55,693 bases of DNA from a virus (taxonomy: Duplodnaviria; Caudoviricetes), in IMG/VR virus record IMGVR_UViG_3300020371_000012, positions 1 through 55,693 of that record; one strand, 5' to 3'. This document shows, in pieces, positions 17,501-27,500 of the stretch (positions are counted from its first letter, which is position 1; every line of letters begins with the position of its first letter). The position numbers and the translations under genes are program-made. The notes under the pieces are model-generated. The model was given only the letters and a program-made list of their open reading frames with translations. It did no database searches and was not told where the DNA came from.

Positions 17501-20489
17501 AAAATTGAATATTCTCTCCGATAGAGATGTTATTGGTAACAACAGCATAAACACACAGGAACTTGTAGTTAATGGTGCAAGAGAAGTTACAGTAACAGGT
17601 GACAAGACATTTACATATAATCTGGATAGAAAACCATCTCAGTCACAAACGTATGTTTCTAGAGCTGGTGTTAGTACTATTTTCTATGAAACAGAATCTT
17701 TGAGTGCTACAGGTCCAGTCTTCAAAACAAAAACTAATTTTGAGGGTAGAGGATATAGAACTCTTCCAGTTGCTAATGGATTCATAAGTGAATCTGGAAA
17801 TAATGCAACATTGAAAGTTCTTTCTGAGAATATTGGAAAAATTGATACTCTGGAGAGAATTAAAGATGGATTTGATTATCCTACCGATCCTACTTTGACT
17901 CCATTTCTCAGTGTACCTGCTGTACTTGATATTGCAGGTGTTCAGAGAATTAAAGAGATTACAGTTCTTGATGGAGGTAAAAATTATTCTCAACCACCAA
18001 ACTTAATTGTACGTGGTAATGATACTGTAGACTTGCAGGCAAGACTTAGTGGTGGTGCTGTTGACAAGGTATTCATTCTCCAAAATGCATATGAGTTTGA
18101 TGAACCTCTAAGTATTATTTCGACACAAAACTCTAATGGTTATGATATTGATGCAATCACTCATGTTGGTGATACTGTTACTCTTGAATTGCTCCTTGAT
18201 GCTCAGTTTAATCTACCAATTAGAACTGGATACGGAGCTACAAATATTGAGTTTCCATTCAAAGTTGGCGACTCTATTTTTATTGAAGGTTGTAGACTGA
18301 AGGCTGATTCGTTGGCTAATGGAGAAATTAACTTCAACTCAGAAAACTTTGATCTTAAATTCTTTACCGTAACTGGTGTTGATACAAATAACTATACAGT
18401 TTCATATAGTGTTGCTGGAATCAATACTGGAACTTTAGGTTCTTATGATGATGATTTTGGATTGGGATATGTTGTCAACTATAATGACATGGCAAAATTC
18501 AGAATGGATCTCATCAATGATGCAACTTTCTTATCTGAAGAAAAAATTGTTTCTAAGAAATTTGAGGGATTTGTATCTCCTGGCGGATGGAACACGAAAT
18601 TGAGTCAACTTAGATTATCAAATACTTCTGGAGTCTTATCGGTAGGTGATGAGATTTATGGAGAACAATCCAAAATTAGGGGTAGAGTTGAGGCATTTAA
18701 CAAATTCAATATTAGAAGTACTCTCGGAGTAAGTAGAGATAGAATTGCTAAAAATGATAATAATGTTGGCATTCTTAACGACTTTAGTCAGAGGATTTCT
18801 GACAACTTCTATTATCAAAAGTTCTCTTATTCTATCAAGGGAAGAGTTCCTTATGATACATGGAAAGAATCTGTACGATCCATTGTTCACCCATCTGGAT
18901 TTAGAGAGTTCTGTGATCTCGAAATTATTAGCAAGCCTACTAAAAATATGAAGGTCAAGGCTTCTGATAACTCTGTAAGTCTACTTGTCAATATTGATAA
19001 TGACATTTACATGCAGGAGAGACAGAACTTTGCTCTTATTACTGAAGATGATATGGCTCCAGATGGAAGTATTCAAAGAATATTCTTCCCAGAAGGCAGA
19101 CCAATTAAGAGTTACATCCTGAATAAGACGAATAAAGTTCTTCTTATGGATGATATTTCCAGTGGTTTCAATGGAGACCATGATAGAACTGGAACTCTAG
19201 TTGGTAATGTTGGGTTTAAACTGAAGAGTAATAGTCAACCACTATTCAAAGCAACATTTGATGCTTCTTCTAGTTCAGTCATCGATCTAGTAGATAACAT
19301 TATTAGTATTCCAAACCATAACTTCCAGACAGGACAAGAACTAATCTATGACCTACAAGGTGGAAGTCCAATTGGAATTGCCACTACTTCTCATATCGCA
19401 GGTCTTAGAGATGTTGTGATGAGTGTAGAGTCTGCATTGGCTGGTTCTGGAGCAATGTTTGAGAATGGTTATAATGTAGAAATTCCAGAAGGTGGCGTTA
19501 CTGGTGTTGGTACTGTAGTCAATCCCATTGTCACATTTGTTGTATATGGATTTGGAAGCCCTGATGGTGGACTTCCTGGTATTTCCACCAGAGGAACTGG
19601 TGCCAGATTCCAAGTCAAATTCACTTATGATCAAAGTACAGGTCAACCTATTTCTACGAATGTTATTCTTACTCAAGGTGGAACTGGATACTATGTTGGT
19701 GACAATGTAAGTATTGCTGGTACACATCTTGGAGGAACAACTCCTGCAAACGATCTTACATTCCCTGTAACACGTATTACTGGTACTAGAACGGGTGTTA
19801 CTACTACTTACCTAGACGTACCATCCACCAGTGATTTGAGCGGTACTGGGGCGCGTTTTAACGTCACCCGTGATTCCAACTTGGATATTGAAAGTATCGT
19901 CGTTGTTACTGGTGGTAGTGGTTATGTCAGTACGGAAACGATTTCTATTGCTGGTACTTATATCGGTGGTAGTGGGTCTGGTGACGATCTTCTTTGCACA
20001 CCTGTTGAGTTGGGTGGTACGGCTATTCCAGAGAAAGTCTTTGTTCAGAAGATTGATGATGTTAAATTCAAGATTAGTGGATTGTCTACCGCACTGCCAC
20101 TAAACTTCATTGGTCTTGGAACTGGAACACATAAATTTAGTGTTGCTGATCCAAATACAAATGCATTGATTCTAATCGATAATATTATTCAGAGTCCTCT
20201 TAGAAATAAGAAACTCGATGTTGGCATTGGTTCACCAATTGGACTTTATGATCAAAGTATTGTTGTTACCACTGGTATCGCATCCCTGGCTCCAAATGAT
20301 ATTATCAAGTCTGGTGATGAATTTATGAAAGTCAAACAGATTGGTGATAGTGTTTATGTTCAGGGTAGAAGAGCTGAGATTGAAAATATCGTGGATAATA
20401 ATTTCTACTATGATGTAAATAGAATGAACTCTACTATCACTAGAGTTGATGAAACCATCGTAACTCATGATGATAGACCTCCATATTAA
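11505..20489 (+). CDS. gp7: Giant baseplate wedge initiator, gp7-like (N-terminal part)
   Basis: Follows gp6. Motifs IESQIPSF..FLEQYY, KDFYSAKGT..SY.ILFKLLYG, YYQKFSYSIK...WKESVRSIVHPSGF; many GxGY repeats; YHYH-like segment. Confidence 0.75.
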   Translation: MPDLNKVKISQLIESQIPSFLNQESPLFREFLEQYYISQEHQSGVNDLAVNLPEYRQISSFNNETLIPYNVLGAKIFASDDVITVQSTAGWPDQYGLIKIDNEIITYKSKTANQFLDCSRGFSGISKIQKDGNSEFLDFSITEADEHEAGTLVYNLSNLFLQEFFSKFKKEFLPGFENRSFVTGTSVQNILTRAKDFYSAKGTDASYQILFKLLYGEEIELIKPIDDTIVASSNVYFKTKNVLVENLFDGDPLRTVGNFLFQNVSGIGTVSASIYNVEYRPIDRKDFYELSLDASSFSGSYQVPGKTKTLQTIPQFSNNLLVDSTIGFEQEGTLLIKPTVDSNFIEVSYTDKTVNQFLGVSGISTDLVFGAEVFEDKLAFAYAGFGQTSLVQLRIVNVIDNVDVSDTANMVVGDSLKLSTFGADKGEDSQFNSWIYNIPTIHNINTVDQLNINTFRVNLFDEVVFFIGEKITLSNGTQEIIAEIKDIEYDASRSEKRLSNRVVVQLNGTLPANPTVLKKTIVKAEHNLGRFPEINKFPVGIQNSYLSDNEEDYFVTTSGLPNYPLFATDNRKFVKTDSNETVDGNGTPINGGGFTYLLKSVDSGGAAAQGQLALNVGGNTPIKHNYVTGEKIFWDNIYNSGIQTGIYFVTAVSETEFYLSFSGSDVFSKKYIPFKINSPGQFVVKSGFENRELQHQKILRKFPYVKKPFFFDDPNKRDIKNRPIGLLANGVELYPPTVFDEQIYYGDIINVKVTSPGSGYDVINGPDLVVQDQNGSGCKAYPTVTGSFSEVRLVSPGIGYQEKPKITVQGGNGFGAVLESNFVRGKIIVNFKADGTSVNSNSDTIDFPSKHNFDIGEEVFYDAKGNTPIGNLISGSTYFVRPIDSKTISLHTSFQDAVNGTNVFNIGAPSFGFHSFTSLKSKNTITNIYVKEPGSGYSNRKVVVPSRTTAAGTRSGIDTSDNYIFARSHKFSNGDVVRYSSTGNSVGGLSTTTEYFIRTIDDDRFKLYDVGIGTTRDTTNFDKNKEVFLENFGSGEHTIAYPPIVVNVESLSAIGATTVIQPELDPVVLGSIDNVYLQEGGTGYGSTNIVDFHRRPNVGISTVVFKALLKPIIIDGSIADVQILASGKGYRKDSDIFVHSGKGDFAKINPIVENGGIIGVQILDGGTGYGEETQLELRNRGIGAKFIADVHEWKINQVVKSDNTISKEDGALLRPTTNPDLGLQAISMYPPRKLRYQLGDNIDVGNLELSQNAIHSPIIGWAYDGNPIYGPYGYENEIGGSVVRQNSGYILNNASLVGVRPPGYSLGYFTNDFVYNNSGSLDEYGGRYCVTPQFPDGTYAYFYSIDVDSSGVAEPKYPYVLGEKFKDFPIEDNFNTFFNQDIDLSKQKLSRNVGPYYLSFGNSKYDLIDKVDDDFQQKFFVQKVRTSGIGSVSIFSRGDGYKVNDLLDIDNEGTDGSGATVVVGSILGKDVSTIEVGVSTYKETELRINGRSVIGITSIPHDFEDNEIIHISGITTAKFAPFFGEQKITVPSRRCGISEFVPNIGVTGISTFIYVTNTEGFKTGDHIGVGTETMVITEVDKKFKRFRVSRENYVGIAITHPKSTNSVFLKPREFEFSAKVVDKEFFTYAVQPNRTIYFSPEETVGIGSTGSIYDVINTGIGSLVAQSYDTRFVPQQRIYLPDHRLATGQPLRYNIGIAGTSLTVAKTSAGSTSGVGTSRLADDSIVYAVNFGQNYIGLSTIGFTTGGDALYFFNLSSGIGYAHSLTTQFPTVKATAQRYYTEVTTDKDHGLTTGDVVRFNTAPTQSETVKFRFDPVISKVTTDKVSFSSTDISADYTSINIDDESFQSGDKVVFYASGGNLIGGLDNNRTYFVLRQDSDFIKLVKYKSDISDSDGIVFTSVDIGTYEIAKVNPPLSFTKGNKIVIDVSDVSLRDMKLEFYSDANYNNSLETTGSNQNGFAITRNGISGTANASIEIDTRKEYPTKSFYNLIPVVPTDERKLNILSDRDVIGNNSINTQELVVNGAREVTVTGDKTFTYNLDRKPSQSQTYVSRAGVSTIFYETESLSATGPVFKTKTNFEGRGYRTLPVANGFISESGNNATLKVLSENIGKIDTLERIKDGFDYPTDPTLTPFLSVPAVLDIAGVQRIKEITVLDGGKNYSQPPNLIVRGNDTVDLQARLSGGAVDKVFILQNAYEFDEPLSIISTQNSNGYDIDAITHVGDTVTLELLLDAQFNLPIRTGYGATNIEFPFKVGDSIFIEGCRLKADSLANGEINFNSENFDLKFFTVTGVDTNNYTVSYSVAGINTGTLGSYDDDFGLGYVVNYNDMAKFRMDLINDATFLSEEKIVSKKFEGFVSPGGWNTKLSQLRLSNTSGVLSVGDEIYGEQSKIRGRVEAFNKFNIRSTLGVSRDRIAKNDNNVGILNDFSQRISDNFYYQKFSYSIKGRVPYDTWKESVRSIVHPSGFREFCDLEIISKPTKNMKVKASDNSVSLLVNIDNDIYMQERQNFALITEDDMAPDGSIQRIFFPEGRPIKSYILNKTNKVLLMDDISSGFNGDHDRTGTLVGNVGFKLKSNSQPLFKATFDASSSSVIDLVDNIISIPNHNFQTGQELIYDLQGGSPIGIATTSHIAGLRDVVMSVESALAGSGAMFENGYNVEIPEGGVTGVGTVVNPIVTFVVYGFGSPDGGLPGISTRGTGARFQVKFTYDQSTGQPISTNVILTQGGTGYYVGDNVSIAGTHLGGTTPANDLTFPVTRITGTRTGVTTTYLDVPSTSDLSGTGARFNVTRDSNLDIESIVVVTGGSGYVSTETISIAGTYIGGSGSGDDLLCTPVELGGTAIPEKVFVQKIDDVKFKISGLSTALPLNFIGLGTGTHKFSVADPNTNALILIDNIIQSPLRNKKLDVGIGSPIGLYDQSIVVTTGIASLAPNDIIKSGDEFMKVKQIGDSVYVQGRRAEIENIVDNNFYYDVNRMNSTITRVDETIVTHDDRPPY

Positions 20490-20490
20490 C

Positions 20491-20498
20491 TATAAATA
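20491..20498 (+). promoter_or_regulatory. T4-type late promoter
   Basis: TATAAATA, 20 nt before ATG 20519. Confidence 0.8.
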
Positions 20499-20518
20499 AC
20501 AGAAAAACTATTTGAGTA

Positions 20519-21547
20519 ATGGCAAAGCAAGGCATTAATACTGGTACTGCCCCTAATGATGGCACTGGAGATACCCTGCTGGCGGGAACTCTGAAGATTA
20601 ACGCAAACTTCGATGAAGTTTACGAAACCTTTGGTGATGGAACTAATCTTGTTAGTTTCGTTTCTTACGCCACTACTGCGGGGTATTCTACCAACGCTGG
20701 TATTGCATCTACGTCTACCTATGCTCAGACTGCAAGATATGTAACATCAGATATTGATATCAACACAACTGGTGTTGTTACTTCGTCATATGCTGATATT
20801 GGAAAGATTACTATTCAGCAACCAGGAGCTATTACAGACGGTCCTATTGAAGTTGGATTTGCAGCCACTATGTTTAGGATCCGATCTGACGGAATGGTTG
20901 GAATTGGAACCTCTCTTCCAACATCACAACTTGAAGTTGCATCGTTCTCTGCATCTAGACCTGCATTGTGGGCTATCGCAAAGGCTCAAGGACCTTCTTT
21001 TAGAGCCTCTGACGAAGACATTACTCCAGAAAGAACTTTCATTGTTACAAAAGATGCCAATATTGGTATTGGTACAAATGTTCCGGCTGCCAACCAAAGA
21101 CTTGATGTCAGAGGTAATGTAACTACTCAAGGTGTTGTTACTCTTGACGGCACTGTTGATTTTAATAGTGATATTACTGAAACTGTAGTTAATGATTTTA
21201 GTGACAATATAACCGTATCTGCTGGAGGGACACTTACTGTTGATTTGTCTCAGGGAACTGTAGTTTTGGGTGGAATTACCACCTCAGTTATGACCTGGGA
21301 CTTCACTAATGTTACTGCATTAAATAGTAAGGCGACTACAGCAACTCTTGTTATTAATGCTGGTGTTGGATACACCTATGGTGATGCGGTTAATGTGAAC
21401 GGTGGACCTATCGCTGGTGGTGTTAGATGGGTTGGTGGAAATCCACCTCCTGCTTCAAATGGAGAGGATATTCTAACATTCAGTATCATTAGAGACTCTA
21501 CGGGTCTAACAAGAGTTTACTGCAGTAGTTCTATTAATATTAGCTGA
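20519..21547 (+). CDS. Baseplate or short-fibre protein with gp9/gp10-like N-terminus
   Basis: MAKQGINTGTAPNDGTGDTL..GTLKINANFDEVY N-terminal motif; VGIGT repeats. Confidence 0.7.
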   Translation: MAKQGINTGTAPNDGTGDTLLAGTLKINANFDEVYETFGDGTNLVSFVSYATTAGYSTNAGIASTSTYAQTARYVTSDIDINTTGVVTSSYADIGKITIQQPGAITDGPIEVGFAATMFRIRSDGMVGIGTSLPTSQLEVASFSASRPALWAIAKAQGPSFRASDEDITPERTFIVTKDANIGIGTNVPAANQRLDVRGNVTTQGVVTLDGTVDFNSDITETVVNDFSDNITVSAGGTLTVDLSQGTVVLGGITTSVMTWDFTNVTALNSKATTATLVINAGVGYTYGDAVNVNGGPIAGGVRWVGGNPPPASNGEDILTFSIIRDSTGLTRVYCSSSINIS

Positions 21548-21555
21548 TAAGATAA

Positions 21556-24500
21556 ATGCCAAGAACTACACCTGGATCAGGAGCTATTCTAAGGCCCGTA
21601 TTCAACTCCTCATATGGTGTTGAAAGAATTGAAGTCATTGAAGGCGGAAATAACTATTCAAAAGCAGATCCCCCAAAAATTGTCATTGAGGGAACCCAAA
21701 ACCCTGTAGTTGAAGGTATTTTTTACCCAGTTATTACTGGTGTTGGAACTATTCGAGATGTAATTATTTTCAACACAGGTGCTGGATATTATCCTGTGTT
21801 TTCTACAACTACTGCATCAGAAGTTGTTGTAGAAAGAGGGTCTTTTGGATCTATTTCTACAACTCATGGTCTTGGCGTGTCTTCTGTATTTGTTGGTGAC
21901 TATAATATTGTAGAAGACAATATTTACTTTGTTGATGCTCCATATGGAAAGAGAGGTCCAGTTGGTTTAGAAACTGGATCGACTTTTAATGGAAGATTGT
22001 TCTCAAGAAAATTTGATCCGTTTGAACCACAAGATAAAAATTTGGTTCTTGATGATATTTCTTTAGAATTTACTGGAATTGCTGGTACTAATTTTAGAGT
22101 AACAGAAAATCTTGGTGTAGTAACTTCACTATACAATAGTGTTAACCAAGGCGTAGAAATTAATAATAACCCATTTATTCTGATCAATAATATTGTTCAG
22201 ACTCCAAATTTAGATTTTACTTTTACTGATTCTTCTGATAACCAGTTAAATTTTTTAAGTGGTGTACCTAGAGCGGGAAGAATTGATAAAGTTGGCATCC
22301 AAACTGGTGGTGGATATTATATTCCACTTGAAGCAGCAGCTGTTGCTGGTGTAAATTCTTCTGGATCTGTAGACTACATCGAAATTCGTGGTGGTGGACA
22401 GGGATATAGAAATCCACCAGAAGTTACTATTAGGGCTACAGATGGAACTGGAGCTACTGCTACTGCAGTTCTTGGAACAAAGGTAAACACTCCTGTTGCT
22501 ATTTCTACCGCTTCATTTGATATGTTTAGCGGTATTGGAACTTTTACGACATCTTCGCCACATGATTTTTATGATGGGGATAGAGTTGTTATTACTGGAG
22601 CTGGATTCACATTTACTGCTTTATCTGCGGTAAGAAATATTAATGAATTTGGATATGACTATATTACTGGTATTGCCACTCTCAGTGTTTATGGCGGTCA
22701 TTATATCGGTACAGGGAGTAATCAATCTAGACATCTGTTGATTAGAGGTGTTCAGGTAACTGATGGAATTAGTACCTTTACTCTTAGAGAAGATTCCTAT
22801 CCTATTGTTTCTGTTGGTAATAGTAGAGAAGCTAAAGTTAATATTGGTATTGGAACTACAGGATTGCAGTATGTTTCTGCTGGTACAGTTCAGGCTGGTG
22901 TTGACACCAACATTCTTGAAGCAAGAAATGTAATTGGTTTTGATGTTATCGATACCCCAACCGATGATACTTTTGAAGTATTTCTGGGAATTACTACTTT
23001 CCCACACAACTATGTAAGTGGTGGAGTCGTTCAGAGGGACCAGACAGGTATTGTAACAGCGATTAACCTTACCTCTGGTGGTACAGGGTATTTCCCAGCT
23101 AAGAAAGTCGTATATTCTGATAATACTCAAGAGAACGGCATCACTACATTTACTGCTCATGGAGCTCAAGTTGGTGTTGTGACTAATGTTGGTTCTGTTG
23201 AGTATGATCCTGTTGTTGGATTGATGACAGTTAGATTCAGCAGTCCTCATGGATTGACTGATGATAATGCAGTAAAACTTGAGGGATTAAAGTTTGATAC
23301 TATTAACGGACCAATTACTTTCCCTAGAGGTCTCAAAAAAGTATTTGGATTTACCGTTCCTAATAACGTTGATATCGTAATTGACGCTAAAGAGGAAATG
23401 TATGACCTAACAAGAAATGTTGGGGTCTATACAGGCGAAAATCTTACTGGAACAATTACTCGTTATGAGGGACATGGTTTAGAGACTGATGATTTTATTG
23501 TTGTTACTGGTGTTGGTCAAACCACTTCTAGTTCTGTAGATTTAAGACTGGCCGATGTTGAATATGACAATGTTAGTGGATTTGCAACAATCACTACACG
23601 AAGAAATCACAATTTCTCTAAAAATGATTTTGTGATTGTTAGTGGAATTGCATTTACTTGTGACTACTCTCCATCAATTGGCATTACTACTGCTGAATAT
23701 GATAATATCAGTGGTATTATGACAATTACCACCGCTGCTCCACATGGATATACCGAAGGTGGTAAAGCAGGAACTGTTGTTCTGAGTGGACTCGGATTTA
23801 CTTGTGATATTGATAATGGAGCATCTATCCATTACTATCCAAGACATAGAGACGAAGCATATCAGAAGTCAATCTCTATTGCTTCTACAACAAATACAAC
23901 AATTACTCTGGATGTAGGTAAATCTCCAAGAAATGAATCATATCCACATACTTTTGCTTCTGCAACAACTGGAGCTGTAGTTTCTGGTGGTGACTATCCA
24001 CATACTTTTGTTGGATCTGGGTCTAGTGCAATTATTCTTGGTGGCGATTACAATTACAATTTTGTAAGTGCCGACCCTCAAGGAATTACAATCGGTGGTG
24101 AATATGATCACACCTTTGTAAGTTCTGGATCTACTGCTCTATGGAGAGGTGGTGGATATCCACACACTTTTGTCAGCGCAGGAGCAACTGCCGTTATTAG
24201 TGGTGGGGATTACACATATACTTTCAAACCAGACACCAATAATGGTGGTGCTATTGCAAAGTATACTTGGGCTGGTCCATTCCTAACTCCAATTGATGCT
24301 TCATACATCCCAGCTACAGGTGTATTAACACTCGAATTCAATCAACCTCACTTCCTTACAACTAACGATACTATTGGTATTGCAACTGGATCTCTCACAT
24401 TTACTTGTGATATGGATGGCAATGCAACTGAACATGACTATCCTAGACGTAGAGATCCTGTTCATAATAGATCAGATATTCCAGTTGCTAGTGTTGTCAA

Positions 24501-27500
24501 TGCAACTACGATTACTGTAAACGTTGGAGCAACCCCTATTGTTTATCAACAACCAACTAATGCGGTTTATGATCCAGACATTGGTGAGTTGATTATTACA
24601 GTACCAAATCATGGCCATGTAAAGGGAGAAACACTCAAGTTGACCGAAAACTCCTTCACATTTACTTGTGCTCAGGATAATCATCAAACTCAACACACAT
24701 ATCCAAGAGCAACTGACCCTGCAGGTGGTGGATATGCTTCTACCACCAGTAGAGTTGCAATTACAACTCATACTGACGATACATTTACTATTCCCGTTGG
24801 TGCTTCTCCATTACAATATTTTGCAGCTACAGATGCTCAATATAATGCAACAACTGGTATTCTGACAGTTACTTCACCAAGTCACGGATATGTCAATGGT
24901 GACTTTGCTAGATTTACGGATAGTTCTTTAGTATTTACTTGTAGTCTAGACAATTATGCAACCGAACACGCATATCCAAGACCTACAGACCCAGCATCTG
25001 GAGTTGCACTTACGATCAGTAACGTAACTACAAATACTTTTGAAGTAAATGTTGGAACATCAACTAATTCATATATTCAAGCCGTCACTGCAAGTTACTA
25101 TCCCAAAACAGGTATTTTTGAAGTTGGTACTGGAAATACAGCACATGGATTATCAACTACTACTGGTAATTTAAAGATTCCAGATGGTTCATTCACATTT
25201 ACTTGTGATATGGACAATAATCAAACACAACATTCATATCCAAGATCAACAGATCCAGCATCCACCAAAGCTCTTGCTATTGTTGGATATACAACAAATA
25301 CTTTCCAAGTTAATGTTGGAACATCTACTCATATCTTTAGACCTGCTACAGAGGCATATTATACTGCTTCCACAGGAATTCTTACCGTAACATGTCCCAA
25401 TCATGGTATGAGAGTTGGAAGATCTATTAGATTCACCAATGATACTTTATCATTTACTTGTGGAATGGATGATCATTCCACGGTTCATACTTATCCTAGG
25501 TCTACTGATCCATATTCTGATACTAGAGTTGCTATTTCTGCAACAACCGTAGATACATTTACTGTTAACGTTGGTCCAACCACTAGTTATTTCTGGGATG
25601 TTAGTGGCGCTAATTATGTTCCAGATACTGGAATAATTGAGTTAACAGTTGGCGCTGGACATACTTTATACGCAGGTAAGCCAATACGAATTCAACCAGA
25701 GTCTTTGATCTTTACATGCACCAAGGATGGTAATGCTACAGAACATAGATATCCACAAAAAGGAGACCCATATTGGATCTCTGCGGGTATTGCATCTGTA
25801 CTAAACAGCACAAACGTCAGAATCAATGTTGGTCCTTCCACAACACCATCATATTACGTTGGTGGTGGAACTATTCAAGGTTCTATTGTTGCTCCCAGAG
25901 AACAAAATAACTCCGATAGTGGAATGGATTTCTCATTCTCTGGTGCCTTTGTGGAAAAGGTTGGTGGAGCAACTACATTTACTGTTCAGGTAGGTCCTTC
26001 TACAACACCACACAACTACAATAGAGGTGGTACTGTTTCTAGCGCACAAAGATTTGCAGATTCTCTGGATGATGCATATGATGGACTTTATGTTGGAGAA
26101 AAACTAACAGGTGCAACTTGGAGATCTAGAAGTGGAATCGTAACTGAGAAAAACTTCTATGCTGCACCAGGACGAGTACATAAACCAGTTAGGGTTGAAA
26201 TTGCTCAACCAGATCCATATTTCAACAGAGATTTGATTTATGCAGATGGTTCTAGTGGAATTGGAACTAATGCAGTTGTTGACTTTAGAGTTAACGCAGA
26301 TAAAGAAATTCAAGAATATTCGATTACCGAGGAAGGTGTTGGATTTAAAGTAAATGATATTCTAACAGTAGCTGGAATTGTTACTGATCCCAGAGTTGGT
26401 GTTCATACAGAATTTACTCTCAAGGTACTTGAGTTGACTAATGATAAGTTCTCTGGATTCTATCCTGGACAATTTATTGTATTTGATGATATCAGTCAGT
26501 ACTTTAATGGAATTAGAACTAAGTTTACTTTATCTGTAACTACTGGCGGAGAAACAGAAATTCTAAGTTTGAAGACACTTCCTGGAAGTGATATGGATAT
26601 CAGTAATAATATCTTTATCTACATTAATGATATTTTGCAAGTTCCTGGAGAATCTTACATCTTCAAGGGAAGTAGAATTATTTTTTCTGAGGCTCCTAAG
26701 TCTGGATCCAAGTGTTCTGTATTCTACTTCAGAGGATCTAAGAGAGACGTTGAAACAATTAATCCACCATTAACTGTTAAAGCGGGTGATACTGTAACTA
26801 TCCAAGAAAACAAGTTAAATCTATTTGATCTTGATCAATTCCCAAGACAGGCTAAGAGAATCGTTGCTTCTGATATTCTTGAGACATTTGCATATAAGAG
26901 TGTTGGTATTGACACTGATCCTACTGCAGAGAGGCCACTAACATGGGAAAAACAAAGAAGAGATAAGGTTCTTTCTGGAAGTCTCATTTCTAAAGCAAGA
27001 CCAAGTTTGAAGTCTAGAACTACACCAAATACACGACTTATTGCAGATGTAAATGAAACTGATCGAGAAATTTATGTGGAAAATGCTTTCCCAATTTTCT
27101 CTGATGTTGATTTGGTAACTCAGTCTGAAAGAAACGTTCTTATTTTGGATGATAGAACTATTGAAACTGGAATTGGTTCTGCTGTAGTTGGAAGTTCTTC
27201 TAGTGTATCCAATATCATCGTTGTTGATGGTGGTGCTGGTTATGCACTTACATCTCCTAGTATTACAATTTCAGAATCCAAGATCAATAGAAAGGATCCA
27301 ATCTCTGCTTGGAGTTTTGATGATATTATTACTGGATTTGCACCAAACTTGTATGATTGGAAAGAATTGGATTATGGTGATCAAGTAATTGCAGTAGGAA
27401 CAAGTAGTAGATACATCAATACTAAGAGTGGACTCTTCTGGGAAAGAGGTAGTGTTGGTTTTGGTGGAACTATTACAATGAATACCGTTGCTATTGGCAA

